From IMG/VR virus record IMGVR_UViG_3300046536_000804: DNA of 64,000 bases, one strand, 5' to 3'. Below are positions 28,484-38,566 of the stretch, piece after piece. The position numbers were made by a program, and so were the translations under genes. The notes beneath the pieces were generated by a model. That model saw only the letters and a list, made by a program, of their open reading frames with translations. It ran no database searches and had not been told where the DNA came from. This stretch comes from an uncultured virus (IMG/VR IMGVR_UViG_3300046536_000804). Its lineage: Duplodnaviria; Heunggongvirae; Uroviricota; Caudoviricetes. Each line of letters begins with the position of its first letter. Position 1 is the first letter of the stretch.

Positions 28484-29413
28484 TTACGAGACAACCTTCA
28501 AAGGAAACCACCGCGGCGGATTGTCCGGACACGTCTGCTCGGCCCAGCTTGTCCGCTTGTCCACTGGGCACCCGCAGATGCCACACTGATCGCAGAACCG
28601 GTGTTCGCACAGCAAACACGATTCTAACCGACTTTCCCAGGTCGCGTCATCGACCAGGTGCATGCCCGATGCCGCATGCTCGGCTAGAGCCTTGCTGAAA
28701 TTGAGAGCCTGCTTCAAAATCCCGGGCGGTTGCTTCTTGTCTCGATCGTCGCGACTCATGATCGTCAGCCCGGGCACCCGCAACGTGACGGTCCATTCTC
28801 GGTTTTTCTTGATAAACTCCCGCACAGCGTGGAGTGGGCCGACGTCGTTGACGTGATCGTTCTTGCCGGTTATGACGATCCACCGCTTTACCTGGCCAGC
28901 GTAACTGCGCAGCAGCGCTATGACGTGACCAGAGCCGTGAGACTCGTCCAGGAAAAGAAGATCCGTCGCCTCGATCCTTGTTTTGGTGTCACGCTTGACG
29001 AAGGTGAATTCACACTTCCCTTGGCGAGACTGCAGGTTGAGCAGGATCGGGTCGTCTGTTGATGTGTACGTAGTGAGCTTCTTCGGCTGACCGGCAAGGA
29101 AGGAAAGCGTGCTGTAGACGGGGCGTATCGCAAGTTCCGTGACGGTTTCGCACTGGCCAGCCATTTCCTTCAGACGCTGCATGTGCTCATTGAGATAGCC
29201 TGGTTGCTGGCGGGTGCCTTCGAACATCTGGTCGAGCGTGATGGAGTCAGGCAGCGCAACGGGTGTTCGCATGGTGGTCGGGCGAGGTTGATGTTGAACG
29301 ACGGCCGGTAGTGGCTGCCCACCGCCGCAACAGCCTTTTGGTTGCTCGACGCGAACCGGGTTGGCTGGATTTTCCATCAGAGTGGCCCATTCTTTTTCCG
29401 AAATCTTCCCCAT
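28484..29413 (-). CDS. class I methyltransferase-like protein with C-terminal Cys-rich domain
   Basis: INEH-like LNEHM, VTELAIR, TDLLFLDESH, GLTIM; tail RLESCLLC...CGICGC...CP. Confidence 0.6.
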   Translation of the reverse strand: MGKISEKEWATLMENPANPVRVEQPKGCCGGGQPLPAVVQHQPRPTTMRTPVALPDSITLDQMFEGTRQQPGYLNEHMQRLKEMAGQCETVTELAIRPVYSTLSFLAGQPKKLTTYTSTDDPILLNLQSRQGKCEFTFVKRDTKTRIEATDLLFLDESHGSGHVIALLRSYAGQVKRWIVITGKNDHVNDVGPLHAVREFIKKNREWTVTLRVPGLTIMSRDDRDKKQPPGILKQALNFSKALAEHAASGMHLVDDATWESRLESCLLCEHRFCDQCGICGCPVDKRTSWAEQTCPDNPPRWFPLKVVS

Positions 29414-29476
29414 GGACGTCTCCTCTGCGAGCTGAGGCCCGAGCACGATTACTCGGGCCTCATTGTCGACACAACA

Positions 29477-30469
29477 CTACTCGTAGGTCTTCAACAGAGC
29501 GTCGATGTCAGCCATGACATCTGCCAAATAGGTGTAATTCTCTGCTGCGAGTTCATTACAACTGGCTACGTCAGCGGCGCACTGACCCATATAGTCTGCC
29601 CAATAAAGTGCGCTTTCATAATCCTCAGAACCGTAATTGGAACTGTAAGCCCCATCGCTGTAATCGTACCAGCCTGCACTGCCCACAACATATGAAGTTA
29701 GATCCGCGATCGAGCCCTGGAAGGCCACGGCTTCTGCCACCAGGTCGAGATACGTACCATAATCTTCGCACGACATAGATACGTTATATTGACGAACTGA
29801 GAAGTCGTAGAGCACATCCGTTATATCAGAATCGACGGTGTCGAGCCAACCGATCGACGTGCCTGATGCAAGAGTAGTAGCTTCACCGTAAGCATCATCC
29901 GCACTGTCTTGGATTGTCGCATTCCCGTTATCACCCAGTTCGTCTGGAGGACAACAAATGTAGTCCTTCACAATTCCCAACATAATGTTGGCTTCAATAC
30001 CGCCGTCAAAAGCTCTGCTGGATGCCTTTCCAGCGGCATCGGTAGCCTCATCAACAAGTCGCAATGCTTGGTCCATACGCCTGTTGGCACTGACAAAATC
30101 AAGAGCTTTAGCCGACTCGGCGGCTAATGAAAGCCAAACTTTGGCCGCAGCGATCTGCCCTTTTGCCAGTGTCAAACTGCTGTCTGCGCTACTTGCAGCG
30201 GAATTTGCGGCGATCTTGTTGAAGGCGTAGTCGTTCTTTTGTTTGTCAGTAAGAAAACCGGCGCCCAATGTATAGCCACCGTCTAAGAGGTACAATCGCT
30301 CACTCAGGGCGGCGCTCTTAGCAGTAGACGCTGTTTGGGTAGTACCAAAAGCAGTCTCTTTGGCCGCATACGTTGTTGCACTCGCCGTGTACTTTTTCTC
30401 CAACGTAGTTTGACCGTTAACGACGCCCGAAACCAGAAACGCGAGACACAGAAACACAAACTTCTTCAT
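29477..30469 (-). CDS. exported protein with Sec signal peptide
   Basis: MKKFVFLCLAFLVSGVVNG; Ala-rich helical body. Confidence 0.65.
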   Translation of the reverse strand: MKKFVFLCLAFLVSGVVNGQTTLEKKYTASATTYAAKETAFGTTQTASTAKSAALSERLYLLDGGYTLGAGFLTDKQKNDYAFNKIAANSAASSADSSLTLAKGQIAAAKVWLSLAAESAKALDFVSANRRMDQALRLVDEATDAAGKASSRAFDGGIEANIMLGIVKDYICCPPDELGDNGNATIQDSADDAYGEATTLASGTSIGWLDTVDSDITDVLYDFSVRQYNVSMSCEDYGTYLDLVAEAVAFQGSIADLTSYVVGSAGWYDYSDGAYSSNYGSEDYESALYWADYMGQCAADVASCNELAAENYTYLADVMADIDALLKTYE

Positions 30470-30503
30470 ATCAGACCCCTAAAAAGGAAACACACAACTT
30501 GCC

Positions 30504-31691
30504 CTACTTCACGACCGCAACCCCATCAACAAAATGGGCTTTGACACGATCAAGAGGTATACCAAGCTCGTTGTGTCCGATCACATAGTTACGAACCTTG
30601 TCGTGAACGTCAAGGCGGTACTTCGGACCGCCTGATCTGCCAAACCGATGCGGCCAGCCTAACCACGGCAGGCACCAACACTTACGACCGGCCTTGCGGA
30701 ATTTCTCGTGGATGTACCACTCCTCGCCACCGAAGCCGCGGAAGTTCTCATTGAAGCCAAGCCAGGCATCCTTTCGGCAGGTGAACAGCCCGAGACCCAT
30801 GGCGCCGATCTCGAACGGTTCGCCCGTGTACTGCATTCGATATTTTGTGAACCCGTGCTCGAGCAATCGGTCATTGGTATCGGAAAGCATGAACGGGAAC
30901 TCTTTCCCGCACCTCGGACAAAGGGAGCCAAACTGGTGATCTTTATCTCGGTCGATCAACGAACCGTCAGGAAGATAGTAGTAGGCGACAGGTGACGGTG
31001 TCGTCGGACATTCCGGTGACCCGCCGTTTCGATTGACCTCAACAGTGAACTCTAATCCGCACGGGCAGTACCAAACTACCCGACCTTTCGAGTTCGGATC
31101 GCCACGATGATCCGTCGCCCATGTGCCCCACATCTCACCACGCCAAACGTTGGCAAAGTGCGTGGCTCGCTGTCGCAGGTCGTCGTAAAGCATCGGTCCC
31201 GAGAAGAGGTCGTCCCGTGACGGCTCGTCGTACGGTGGTGGCGTGGTCGTCGGCCAGCCACTGCGAGGGTCGGGCAGTGAGTCGTAGAAGTCGATCAGCT
31301 TCTTAATAGCCCCCGGCGCGATGAAGATGTGCGGATCGATGCACATTACGTTCTCGCTCGACGCCTCGATAAAGACTTGGTTGCGAGGAGCAGCAGTGCC
31401 GATGATGTCGGTGTAGGGGATGTAGCGGGCCGGTATCGGGTCGTTGCGCATCCAGCCAATGAGATTCTTGGTCAGTTTCCCGTCGGGACTGTCTGGGTTG
31501 TTATCCACGACGATCAGCTCGACGTCCTGCATCACGTCCGCGTGAAACAGCCGCAGACCCTGCACGGTGGCCCAGACTCCGTCGTAATCATCGTAAACTG
31601 CCATACCAATCGTTAGCTTGGGACGGCTAACTTCTCCACAATCATCCGTTTGAGGATCGAGAGAAGCTCCTGGTTGAACGGATTGCACCAT
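30504..31691 (-). CDS. GT2-family glycosyltransferase with inserted Zn ribbon
   Basis: LTIGMAVYDD, LIVVDN, APRN, CIDPH, FRGFGGEE; CPCG...CPRCG insert; start uncertain. Confidence 0.82.
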   Translation of the reverse strand: MVQSVQPGASLDPQTDDCGEVSRPKLTIGMAVYDDYDGVWATVQGLRLFHADVMQDVELIVVDNNPDSPDGKLTKNLIGWMRNDPIPARYIPYTDIIGTAAPRNQVFIEASSENVMCIDPHIFIAPGAIKKLIDFYDSLPDPRSGWPTTTPPPYDEPSRDDLFSGPMLYDDLRQRATHFANVWRGEMWGTWATDHRGDPNSKGRVVWYCPCGLEFTVEVNRNGGSPECPTTPSPVAYYYLPDGSLIDRDKDHQFGSLCPRCGKEFPFMLSDTNDRLLEHGFTKYRMQYTGEPFEIGAMGLGLFTCRKDAWLGFNENFRGFGGEEWYIHEKFRKAGRKCWCLPWLGWPHRFGRSGGPKYRLDVHDKVRNYVIGHNELGIPLDRVKAHFVDGVAVVK

Positions 31692-31924
31692 CGGTCGGGT
31701 CCGATATGAAAGGGGATGATCTTGTCAGCGTGCTCCGATGGTACAGCGCGGTCAGCCACGACGTCAAGGGTCAGAATCTTGTCAGCCCATTCCGCCAGTA
31801 ACGGAATTGCATCGCTGCTAGTTAACCAACCCACTGCCACGGCAGGGTGCCCAGCAGCATGAAGAGTCTTGGCTAGAGCTACGGATCGACAATGTCCATA
31901 CTGGCATATGCAAAGATATTTCAT
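31613..31924 (-). CDS. low-molecular-weight PTP-like phosphatase
   Basis: LCICQYGHCRS (CX5RS P-loop), WADKI, IGPD. Confidence 0.72.
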   Translation of the reverse strand: MKYLCICQYGHCRSVALAKTLHAAGHPAVAVGWLTSSDAIPLLAEWADKILTLDVVADRAVPSEHADKIIPFHIGPDRWCNPFNQELLSILKRMIVEKLAVPS

Positions 31925-31933
31925 GTGCAGCTC

Positions 31934-33574
31934 TCAAGGCGTTGAAATAGTCGCAGTTGAAGTCGGCTCGCACATACCTGTCCAGGCAACGAGATCAAAC
32001 GTGACGGGTAGCGTGCAGTCTGAATTGTAGGGAGGACCTTGATCGTAGATAACGTGAGTACCAACTCCGGTCTGATCCAAATTCAAATACCACCGACTGT
32101 AACCGAAGCCTTGATAGAGACGCCAAACAAATGTGCTCCCGCAGGTAGATATCAAATCGGATTGCCAGAGGCATTGACCATCAATGTTGGAGACGAAATT
32201 TAGTGTGAGAGGCCCAGAAAAAGTACCGCAAGTTATACAAGTAGCGTTGGCAAGAGTCACATCCAGGGTAATGGTGGCCCCACTTACGTCTGGTCCCGCC
32301 AAGCAGCACGGTGTTGGTCCTGCCGTCGTCGTGGTCGTCGTGGTCGTCGTGGTCGTCGTCGTTGTTGTGGTCGTCGTGGTCGTCGTATCACAGCCGCCAG
32401 CGCTGGTCTCGCCGTCAGTCGATCCGTCATAGGACGGCGGGTAGCAAGTACAACCTCCACAACCGCCGCTGCTGATATTAACCCACGTCGATGAGCCAGA
32501 GAACCACTGCCATATACATGTTCCGTCGCAAGGAGGTGGCGTTGTTGTCGAGGTTGTCGTGGTACCGCTACAGGCGGTATCACAGTCGTCGGCTGTGCCA
32601 TACGGTATGGCATCGGTTTGAGCAGTGAAAAAATAACCGCCACCGCAATCCACATCCTTGAGACTTGATCCGAGCACCCCCTGCTCGCAATAGGTAATCC
32701 CCAGCCCCGGACACGGTCCGCAGCCTGGAAATGGGCCTGTGCATTCGATAACATCCCAGCAATAAAACGGGGCTGCGGTCGTTGTCGTCGTGGTCGTGGT
32801 GCTTGTGCACGGGTCTGGTGGGATCGTCCCCTCAGGACAGTGAAAGGCACAGTCTGAAGAGGCGACGGCGCCGCAACTGCAAGGCACCGTGGGCGTATCT
32901 GCATAGCAACCGCCAAACCCGACGCACGGCAAGCCGTCGGCCGAGCAGAAACCGTCCAGGAACTGCCATTCACTGGAATCGTCGCAGAAGTAACGCAACG
33001 TCCCCGTGCAGGTTGGCGGTGGCGGTGGTGGAGGTGGCGGTATTGTGACGCACGGCGTCGAAGCTAGCTCGCACTCGCTACCAGGATCGGCCGGAACATC
33101 ACAAGGGCACGTTAAACCGCACGGATCGTTCTTGAGAACCCAGCCACCCAGAATGGTGAAGTAGACCCACTCGCAACTACCTAAGCAGTCATCTGGAGGG
33201 ATGGTGGTTGGGCAAGGTGTCGAGGTGGTGGTCGTCGTAGTGGTCGTCGTTGTGCCCGGGCAAGGAGGCGTGTCGGGCAGGCCGTCAATGTTGCAACTCG
33301 TCAGGGTGGTCTCGCCCGTGAAGGAGCCGCAATAAGTCGGCGGCTTGCAGATGCAGCCACCTAAACACTCATTATCGATCTCAGTCCAAGTCTTGGCGGT
33401 ATTGTCCCACTCGAAGAAGCAAGTTCCGTCGCACGGCGGTGGTGTTGTCGTGGTAGTGGTCGTTGTCGTTGTCGTGGTGGTGGTCGTTGTGCAGCTTGGA
33501 TCTACAACCTCATCGATCGGTTCCTCTTCGGCGAGGCTGCCGCTCCACTGAGGTTGAATTGGGCACGGATCCAT
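31934..33574 (-). CDS. Cys-rich protein with poly-Thr/poly-Pro linkers (putative virion surface protein)
   Basis: several Thr runs separating repeated C.G.C...W....W...C...C.C modules. Confidence 0.7.
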   Translation of the reverse strand: MDPCPIQPQWSGSLAEEEPIDEVVDPSCTTTTTTTTTTTTTTTTPPPCDGTCFFEWDNTAKTWTEIDNECLGGCICKPPTYCGSFTGETTLTSCNIDGLPDTPPCPGTTTTTTTTTTSTPCPTTIPPDDCLGSCEWVYFTILGGWVLKNDPCGLTCPCDVPADPGSECELASTPCVTIPPPPPPPPPTCTGTLRYFCDDSSEWQFLDGFCSADGLPCVGFGGCYADTPTVPCSCGAVASSDCAFHCPEGTIPPDPCTSTTTTTTTTAAPFYCWDVIECTGPFPGCGPCPGLGITYCEQGVLGSSLKDVDCGGGYFFTAQTDAIPYGTADDCDTACSGTTTTSTTTPPPCDGTCIWQWFSGSSTWVNISSGGCGGCTCYPPSYDGSTDGETSAGGCDTTTTTTTTTTTTTTTTTTTTTAGPTPCCLAGPDVSGATITLDVTLANATCITCGTFSGPLTLNFVSNIDGQCLWQSDLISTCGSTFVWRLYQGFGYSRWYLNLDQTGVGTHVIYDQGPPYNSDCTLPVTFDLVAWTGMCEPTSTATISTP

Positions 33575-33607
33575 GATGACACCACGACATCGCAACTACA
33601 AAAACCA

Positions 33608-33979
33608 TTAGGCAACCAACAGCTCGCCTTCCCCTTCAATCGTCAGACTGGTCGCAGCACTTGCCAGACCAGTCAAGAAGTCGGTCGTGCTGAGAGGCAT
33701 TCGACCGTACCAATCGACCGCGTCGTTTGCAGGGACCGATTTGGCGGTCCCCATGAATTCGGTACCCGCGGCAGAGCCACCGGTGCCGCCGACATAGAGC
33801 GAGAAGGTGATTGCACCTGCCGTCTTGTTGACGATGCGGATGTGCGTCAGGAGGACCATCAGCTTGTCGTTTGGCGCCGCGGTACAGTTGACGCCGCCCG
33901 TAGTGGTGCCAGGGTTGAGAAGGTTGCCCACGGAATTCGCCAGGGCGACGGGACCAAACCGGAACGGTTTTGCTTGCAT
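33608..33979 (-). CDS. small beta-rich virion protein
   Basis: 123 aa, Gly/Thr/Ala-rich, GAGG RBS. Confidence 0.6.
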   Translation of the reverse strand: MQAKPFRFGPVALANSVGNLLNPGTTTGGVNCTAAPNDKLMVLLTHIRIVNKTAGAITFSLYVGGTGGSAAGTEFMGTAKSVPANDAVDWYGRMPLSTTDFLTGLASAATSLTIEGEGELLVA

Positions 33980-34000
33980 GTTCGACCTCGAGGTTAATTG

Positions 34001-34681
34001 TCAAAAAGTTGCACTGCGCCAGTTTGCTTCTCCCGGCTCGCCCTGCGGACCCGGAACGCCTTGAATACCTTGCTGACCGGTCGCACCTGTTGCCCCCGTC
34101 GCCCCTTGTGGACCGGGAAGCATCGAGGCCTCACCTTGCGGTCCGTCATTACCTTGAGGTCCAACCGGACCGATAGGCCCAACGTTATCGGAAACCTGCG
34201 GCGTCGCAATGACACTGTCCGTGGCAAAAGCAATGCAAACCAGCACGCTGTAACCAGCCGGCCGTGTTGCCACCAGGCCACCGGGGGTGGATGCCGACAG
34301 CCAGTATCGTTCGTTGCCTGGCGTGCCGCCTACCGCTGCGGTCAGATCGATATGGGCAAAGCCGGCGACCAGCAGATCGCCTTGCGTTGACCCGGCTTTC
34401 GAGTACACGATGCCTGCGACATTCTGCTTAACCGTCCCGTCAGCCAGGGCCGGCTCGAACCGATTATTGCCGTTGTTCCAGTATACCGGTTGCCCGACGA
34501 CGCTTGTGGAGACCAGGGTAACATCCCGAAGAAACAAGGCAGTCGATTCGGTCATCGCATCGACGCGGTCCTTCAGCCAGAGCGTGTTCTGCAGGAGTTG
34601 TGCGATCGCTCGGTTTGTCACCAATGCATTGACCGATTCGCCATCGCTAACGGTATTCAGCGTTTCGGAGAAATTCGGCAT
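34001..34681 (-). CDS. fibre-like protein with collagen G-X-Y repeats
   Basis: [10 protein letters not shown]...GATGATGATG...GEPGE. Confidence 0.7.
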   Translation of the reverse strand: MPNFSETLNTVSDGESVNALVTNRAIAQLLQNTLWLKDRVDAMTESTALFLRDVTLVSTSVVGQPVYWNNGNNRFEPALADGTVKQNVAGIVYSKAGSTQGDLLVAGFAHIDLTAAVGGTPGNERYWLSASTPGGLVATRPAGYSVLVCIAFATDSVIATPQVSDNVGPIGPVGPQGNDGPQGEASMLPGPQGATGATGATGQQGIQGVPGPQGEPGEANWRSATF

Positions 34682-34724
34682 GTCGGTGTCCTGGGTGTTT
34701 CTTCGTCGATTAAGGCCATTATAA

Positions 34725-36089
34725 CTAACTGGTGACGGTCGTCAGTAACCCGGTATGCGGTGAGATGATATGTCGCAGCCAGGACAACGCGGCCAGGCCC
34801 AGATTGTTCGGTCCCAATCGGCTCTCGTTGATCCTCGCGGATATCAGGTTATTCCGTATCGCGTTCTCGACCAGCATCGTTGCCGGGTTGATTGTGATCG
34901 GCAGGTTGAAGGCACTGGGCTGACCGACGGGAGTTTCTCGGATATCGAGCCAGTTGGCCAGCGTCTTGCCGGCGGCGACCCCGCGGGCGTGCATTTCAGT
35001 GAAGAAAGCTGTCACGTCGGCCGAGGCGCCCGTAAGTGGGAAGGTGATCTTGGTGAAGCCGCTCACGTTGGTGGTGACGGTAATGCTCTGCTCGGAATTA
35101 GCAAAGGTAAGGTCACCAGCGATGCCGTCCCAAAGAAACCCGCTATCGAGTGTCACTTCGGTCACGTCGCTCGGCAAGCGACCGTTGAGTCTGGATACGA
35201 TCAGTCCGTCGGTCATGCTCTGACCAGCCACCAGCACGTCTCCAACCGAGACACTGACAAGGCTGGAACTGTCGAACCTGTAAACGTTTAGGTCGGTGAT
35301 GATGATCGTGCCATCAGCATCGGCAGTGATGATTTCGACGGTCTCGCCGCCGACGGCGAGAGGGATGTCGGTGATCGCCACCAAGGCGTTAAGAACATCG
35401 TGATAGGTGCTGCCCTGCACGCTGGCGTCGAGGGTCGCGTTGACGAGCTGTTTGTAATTCGCGGTGGAAGGTCCCTCACCGCCCGAGACGGCGCCCCACA
35501 CGCGCTGGATATACCTCGGATCGAACTCCGCGTCGCCGAGAAACATTCGGATGAATCGCTGACCGTCTTCTTCGTAAGACGTGAACTGCGGATCCTCAAA
35601 GGGATTGCCGATCATGACGAGAATGCCGTTGGCAACGTCGACCTCGAAGCCAGAGCCGATCGTCAGGGCGATCGTCGGATTGGTCAGAGCATTCGTCAGC
35701 AACGAGGCATTCAGAAGGCCGGTCGGCAGAGGGAAGGCTACTGCGTGACCGGTGCGAGCACCGTAAGCGTAGGTCGTACCGTCACCGGGTTGCGGACCGT
35801 ACAGAGCTCCGTCACCGAAGTCTAGGTAACGTCCGATGACCATCTCGCTCTCTGCCAGCACGACCGGGAACCACCGCCAGAAGTTGGTGACCGGGCATTC
35901 GGTCCTGGAGATCGAGGCATACAGTTCATCCGCCCGCTGATCCACCTGACGATCAATCACGACACACGCGCGCAATAGATCCTCGATCAGGCTGCGACCG
36001 TCGTAGATCGACAGCCAGAAGTCTGGGACGGTGGTCGTCAGGAGTGAAACCGTATCAAAACGGTCGACGGGATACGTGAGCATTGGCAC
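34725..36089 (-). CDS. putative baseplate wedge protein
   Basis: 454 aa directly downstream of the baseplate J-like gene. Confidence 0.55.
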   Translation of the reverse strand: MPMLTYPVDRFDTVSLLTTTVPDFWLSIYDGRSLIEDLLRACVVIDRQVDQRADELYASISRTECPVTNFWRWFPVVLAESEMVIGRYLDFGDGALYGPQPGDGTTYAYGARTGHAVAFPLPTGLLNASLLTNALTNPTIALTIGSGFEVDVANGILVMIGNPFEDPQFTSYEEDGQRFIRMFLGDAEFDPRYIQRVWGAVSGGEGPSTANYKQLVNATLDASVQGSTYHDVLNALVAITDIPLAVGGETVEIITADADGTIIITDLNVYRFDSSSLVSVSVGDVLVAGQSMTDGLIVSRLNGRLPSDVTEVTLDSGFLWDGIAGDLTFANSEQSITVTTNVSGFTKITFPLTGASADVTAFFTEMHARGVAAGKTLANWLDIRETPVGQPSAFNLPITINPATMLVENAIRNNLISARINESRLGPNNLGLAALSWLRHIISPHTGLLTTVTS

Positions 36090-36090
36090 C

Positions 36091-37710
36091 CTAGCTCTCG
36101 CTGATGGTCAAGGCGATATCGGTCGGTACGACGAAGAAGGTCACCGTTCGAGCGGTCGTCATATCTGCAGGCAGGTCAGGCACCGTCAGGTCACCACTGC
36201 CCGATAGTGCGACGGTGGTGCCGTCTGGCTTGCGGATACGCCCGGTGAAGTTGTAACCAGAGATCGCGCTGAGGCTTGGCACCAGGTTGTGCAACTGCTG
36301 ACTGACATACGACTTAGCGAGGATGCCTGGAAAGTTGAGACGGTTGATCGAGTCAGCCAAACTTGTAGCCACAGCAGTGCTATCCACCACCGTACCAGCC
36401 GGAACGACCAGCGTTGCGGTGATCGTGGTAAAGCACGGCACCGGCGCCTTGACCAGCACGTCCCCTGACGTCGGTGAGTTAGCCACCGAGCCCCAGAAGG
36501 TTTGCAGGGTGTCAATGAGCGGCAATCGACGTACGGTGACCGAATACGATGCGGTTGCACCGACAGTCATAGCTGCTGCGTTGGTGACTGTGTCGGCGAA
36601 CTGAATAACCACAGCCTGGTAACTGCTGTAGACCGCCTCCACTGCGTCAACGATATCGGGCAGCAGTCCATCGCCTGCCACGTCCGCAGATCGAGAATCC
36701 GAAGCCACGGCAAAGACCGTTGCATTGGTCGGCAGCGAGATCGACACCACCTCGTACAGACCGGCAGCCTGCTCGCGATCGAGGCCGAACTGCCAGGTGC
36801 CGATCGTGCCGGCCACGCTGACCAGTGAGGCCGTCTTCGTGATCTGCTCCTCGACGTAGAGCGGAGCGGTCTTGGCGTACATATCGGCACGCCCGCCGCC
36901 GGATACCGGCCACAGCGAGTGTTGATCGCGAAGCATCTCAGCATCGCCATAGCCGATGATCGACATGTTGACCAACGCAAAAAAGGCGGCCTGCTCTCGA
37001 GTGGCAGCCTCAACGGTTCGACGATTTGACCAGGCTCTGGCTGCTGGACCTGAAGTCAATCGCGACACCAGGCTGGCATTCGATTCACCGTCGGCGCCGC
37101 CAGTGAAGTCGGTGGCAGCATAAGAACGTACAAAGGCAAACATGGTGGCGGACGGAACTGCTGAGGCTCCGCGGCGAATATTACCAGCGGCGCCAGCAAT
37201 CTTGGCAACCACATCGATGTCGAAGGCGAAATTGCCACCAGACACTGCTGTAATGAGCTTGTCGGTACTTGTCACAACCGCACCGGCTGACGTGCGGCCG
37301 GTCTGGATGCTTGTCGTCGTAAAGACCTGCGTACCGATAGTAAAGGTACTGCCGTTCGGGATGATCGTGGTGATGAGACGATTGAGCAGGATCGTGACCC
37401 GGCCTTCCGCTTTGGCGGCCGGTTGCCGCGTCATCCGGAAGTTGCCGAGCACGCGATCTACCTCGGCGCTATCGGCGATCGCCGGGTCGGCGACGATCTC
37501 CGTCAAGCTGGTCGAACTCAGCGCCGTATCGACTGCCTGCTCGGTGCTTGCAGTCAGCAAGGCTCTCGGAAAGAGAGCCAGGTCGGCGACGACGCCGCGG
37601 CGAAGATCAATATCGGGGTTGTACTCGACGATCGTCTCGGTCAGCAACGCCTTGAGTGCGGCGAACCGAACCGGATCGAGATCGGCCAGAGCTGGGTAGG
37701 TTAGCGGCAT
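36091..37710 (-). CDS. baseplate J-like protein
   Basis: PDIDLRRG, RQPAAKAEG.V, IPNGSTF, GAAGNI, FTGGADGES. Confidence 0.82.
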   Translation of the reverse strand: MPLTYPALADLDPVRFAALKALLTETIVEYNPDIDLRRGVVADLALFPRALLTASTEQAVDTALSSTSLTEIVADPAIADSAEVDRVLGNFRMTRQPAAKAEGRVTILLNRLITTIIPNGSTFTIGTQVFTTTSIQTGRTSAGAVVTSTDKLITAVSGGNFAFDIDVVAKIAGAAGNIRRGASAVPSATMFAFVRSYAATDFTGGADGESNASLVSRLTSGPAARAWSNRRTVEAATREQAAFFALVNMSIIGYGDAEMLRDQHSLWPVSGGGRADMYAKTAPLYVEEQITKTASLVSVAGTIGTWQFGLDREQAAGLYEVVSISLPTNATVFAVASDSRSADVAGDGLLPDIVDAVEAVYSSYQAVVIQFADTVTNAAAMTVGATASYSVTVRRLPLIDTLQTFWGSVANSPTSGDVLVKAPVPCFTTITATLVVPAGTVVDSTAVATSLADSINRLNFPGILAKSYVSQQLHNLVPSLSAISGYNFTGRIRKPDGTTVALSGSGDLTVPDLPADMTTARTVTFFVVPTDIALTISES

Positions 37711-37712
37711 GG

Positions 37713-38141
37713 TTAATTGAGGACAAAGTTAAGCGGGATGGTCACGACGCTAGTTTGATTCGAGCGGTTTCGCAACCGCAGGTCGAGGCTCATGGTTCCT
37801 GTGGCTAGCGTCAATCGAAGGATCTTGACGCTCAGCAGTCGCTCTTCTGGCGGGTCGCTTGCCAGTGCTGTCGACTCCAACCGCTGCTGGACCAGACTCA
37901 AGGAAGAGCTAAAAATAAGAAAGACGTCGGTCTCGGATGCCACGCCATTCTGCAACCTGGCTACGAAATCACAACCCTGCTTTGACATCGGAACGCCGTC
38001 CTTGAGCGTCATCAATTCGAGCACGAACCGTTGCACCAGCTTGCTCATGCCGTGCACGGCTCGCCCATTGTCGTTCGCGGTTGCCAGAGCCTGCTCGGCA
38101 TAAGGCGAGCCTTGTCGAAATGCTGAAACGTCAACGGTCAT
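37713..38141 (-). CDS. gp25-like baseplate protein
   Basis: GMSKLVQRF..ELMT..G...GCDF; PEERL; size and position. Confidence 0.6.
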   Translation of the reverse strand: MTVDVSAFRQGSPYAEQALATANDNGRAVHGMSKLVQRFVLELMTLKDGVPMSKQGCDFVARLQNGVASETDVFLIFSSSLSLVQQRLESTALASDPPEERLLSVKILRLTLATGTMSLDLRLRNRSNQTSVVTIPLNFVLN

Positions 38142-38551
38142 GGTGCGGCCCCCGCATCAAGGAGCGTCTGGGCGTACGCTCGGACACGAGCAATGCAACC
38201 TGCTGCGTCACCGTGGGCTGTTCTTCGAGCGGAGGCCTGAGCCCTGGCTCGGATCGGTGACATGTGTCGAATCCGGAAGGCTCGCTCCGCCATGGCTAGA
38301 TAGTCTGACTGGAGCTTGGTACTGCCTGCTTCACCGACCGTACCATCATCGGCAATGGCTTCACTGTAGAGCACGCCAACATCTTCGCGATCGAACGCGT
38401 CACTGATCGCGTCGACGTCGAGAACATCACCCGACCACAGTGACAGGTCAGAGAGAAACCAGGCCATCAGCTCTTGGTTGCGCTCTGCATCGCCGTTGGT
38501 TTGGGCGTTGTCGATGAGCTGATCGATCAAGCCTGAAAAAATAGGATCCAC
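38138..38551 (-). CDS. hypothetical protein
   Basis: 137 aa coupled ORF. Confidence 0.55.
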   Translation of the reverse strand: MDPIFSGLIDQLIDNAQTNGDAERNQELMAWFLSDLSLWSGDVLDVDAISDAFDREDVGVLYSEAIADDGTVGEAGSTKLQSDYLAMAERAFRIRHMSPIRARAQASARRTAHGDAAGCIARVRAYAQTLLDAGAAP

Positions 38552-38566
38552 AAGGATTCTCGCTGA

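Noticed and set aside
32320..33490. (GTC/GTG/GTT)n microsatellite-like tracts
   Set aside because: They encode poly-Thr with mixed codons, so they are protein-level repeats, not a DNA element
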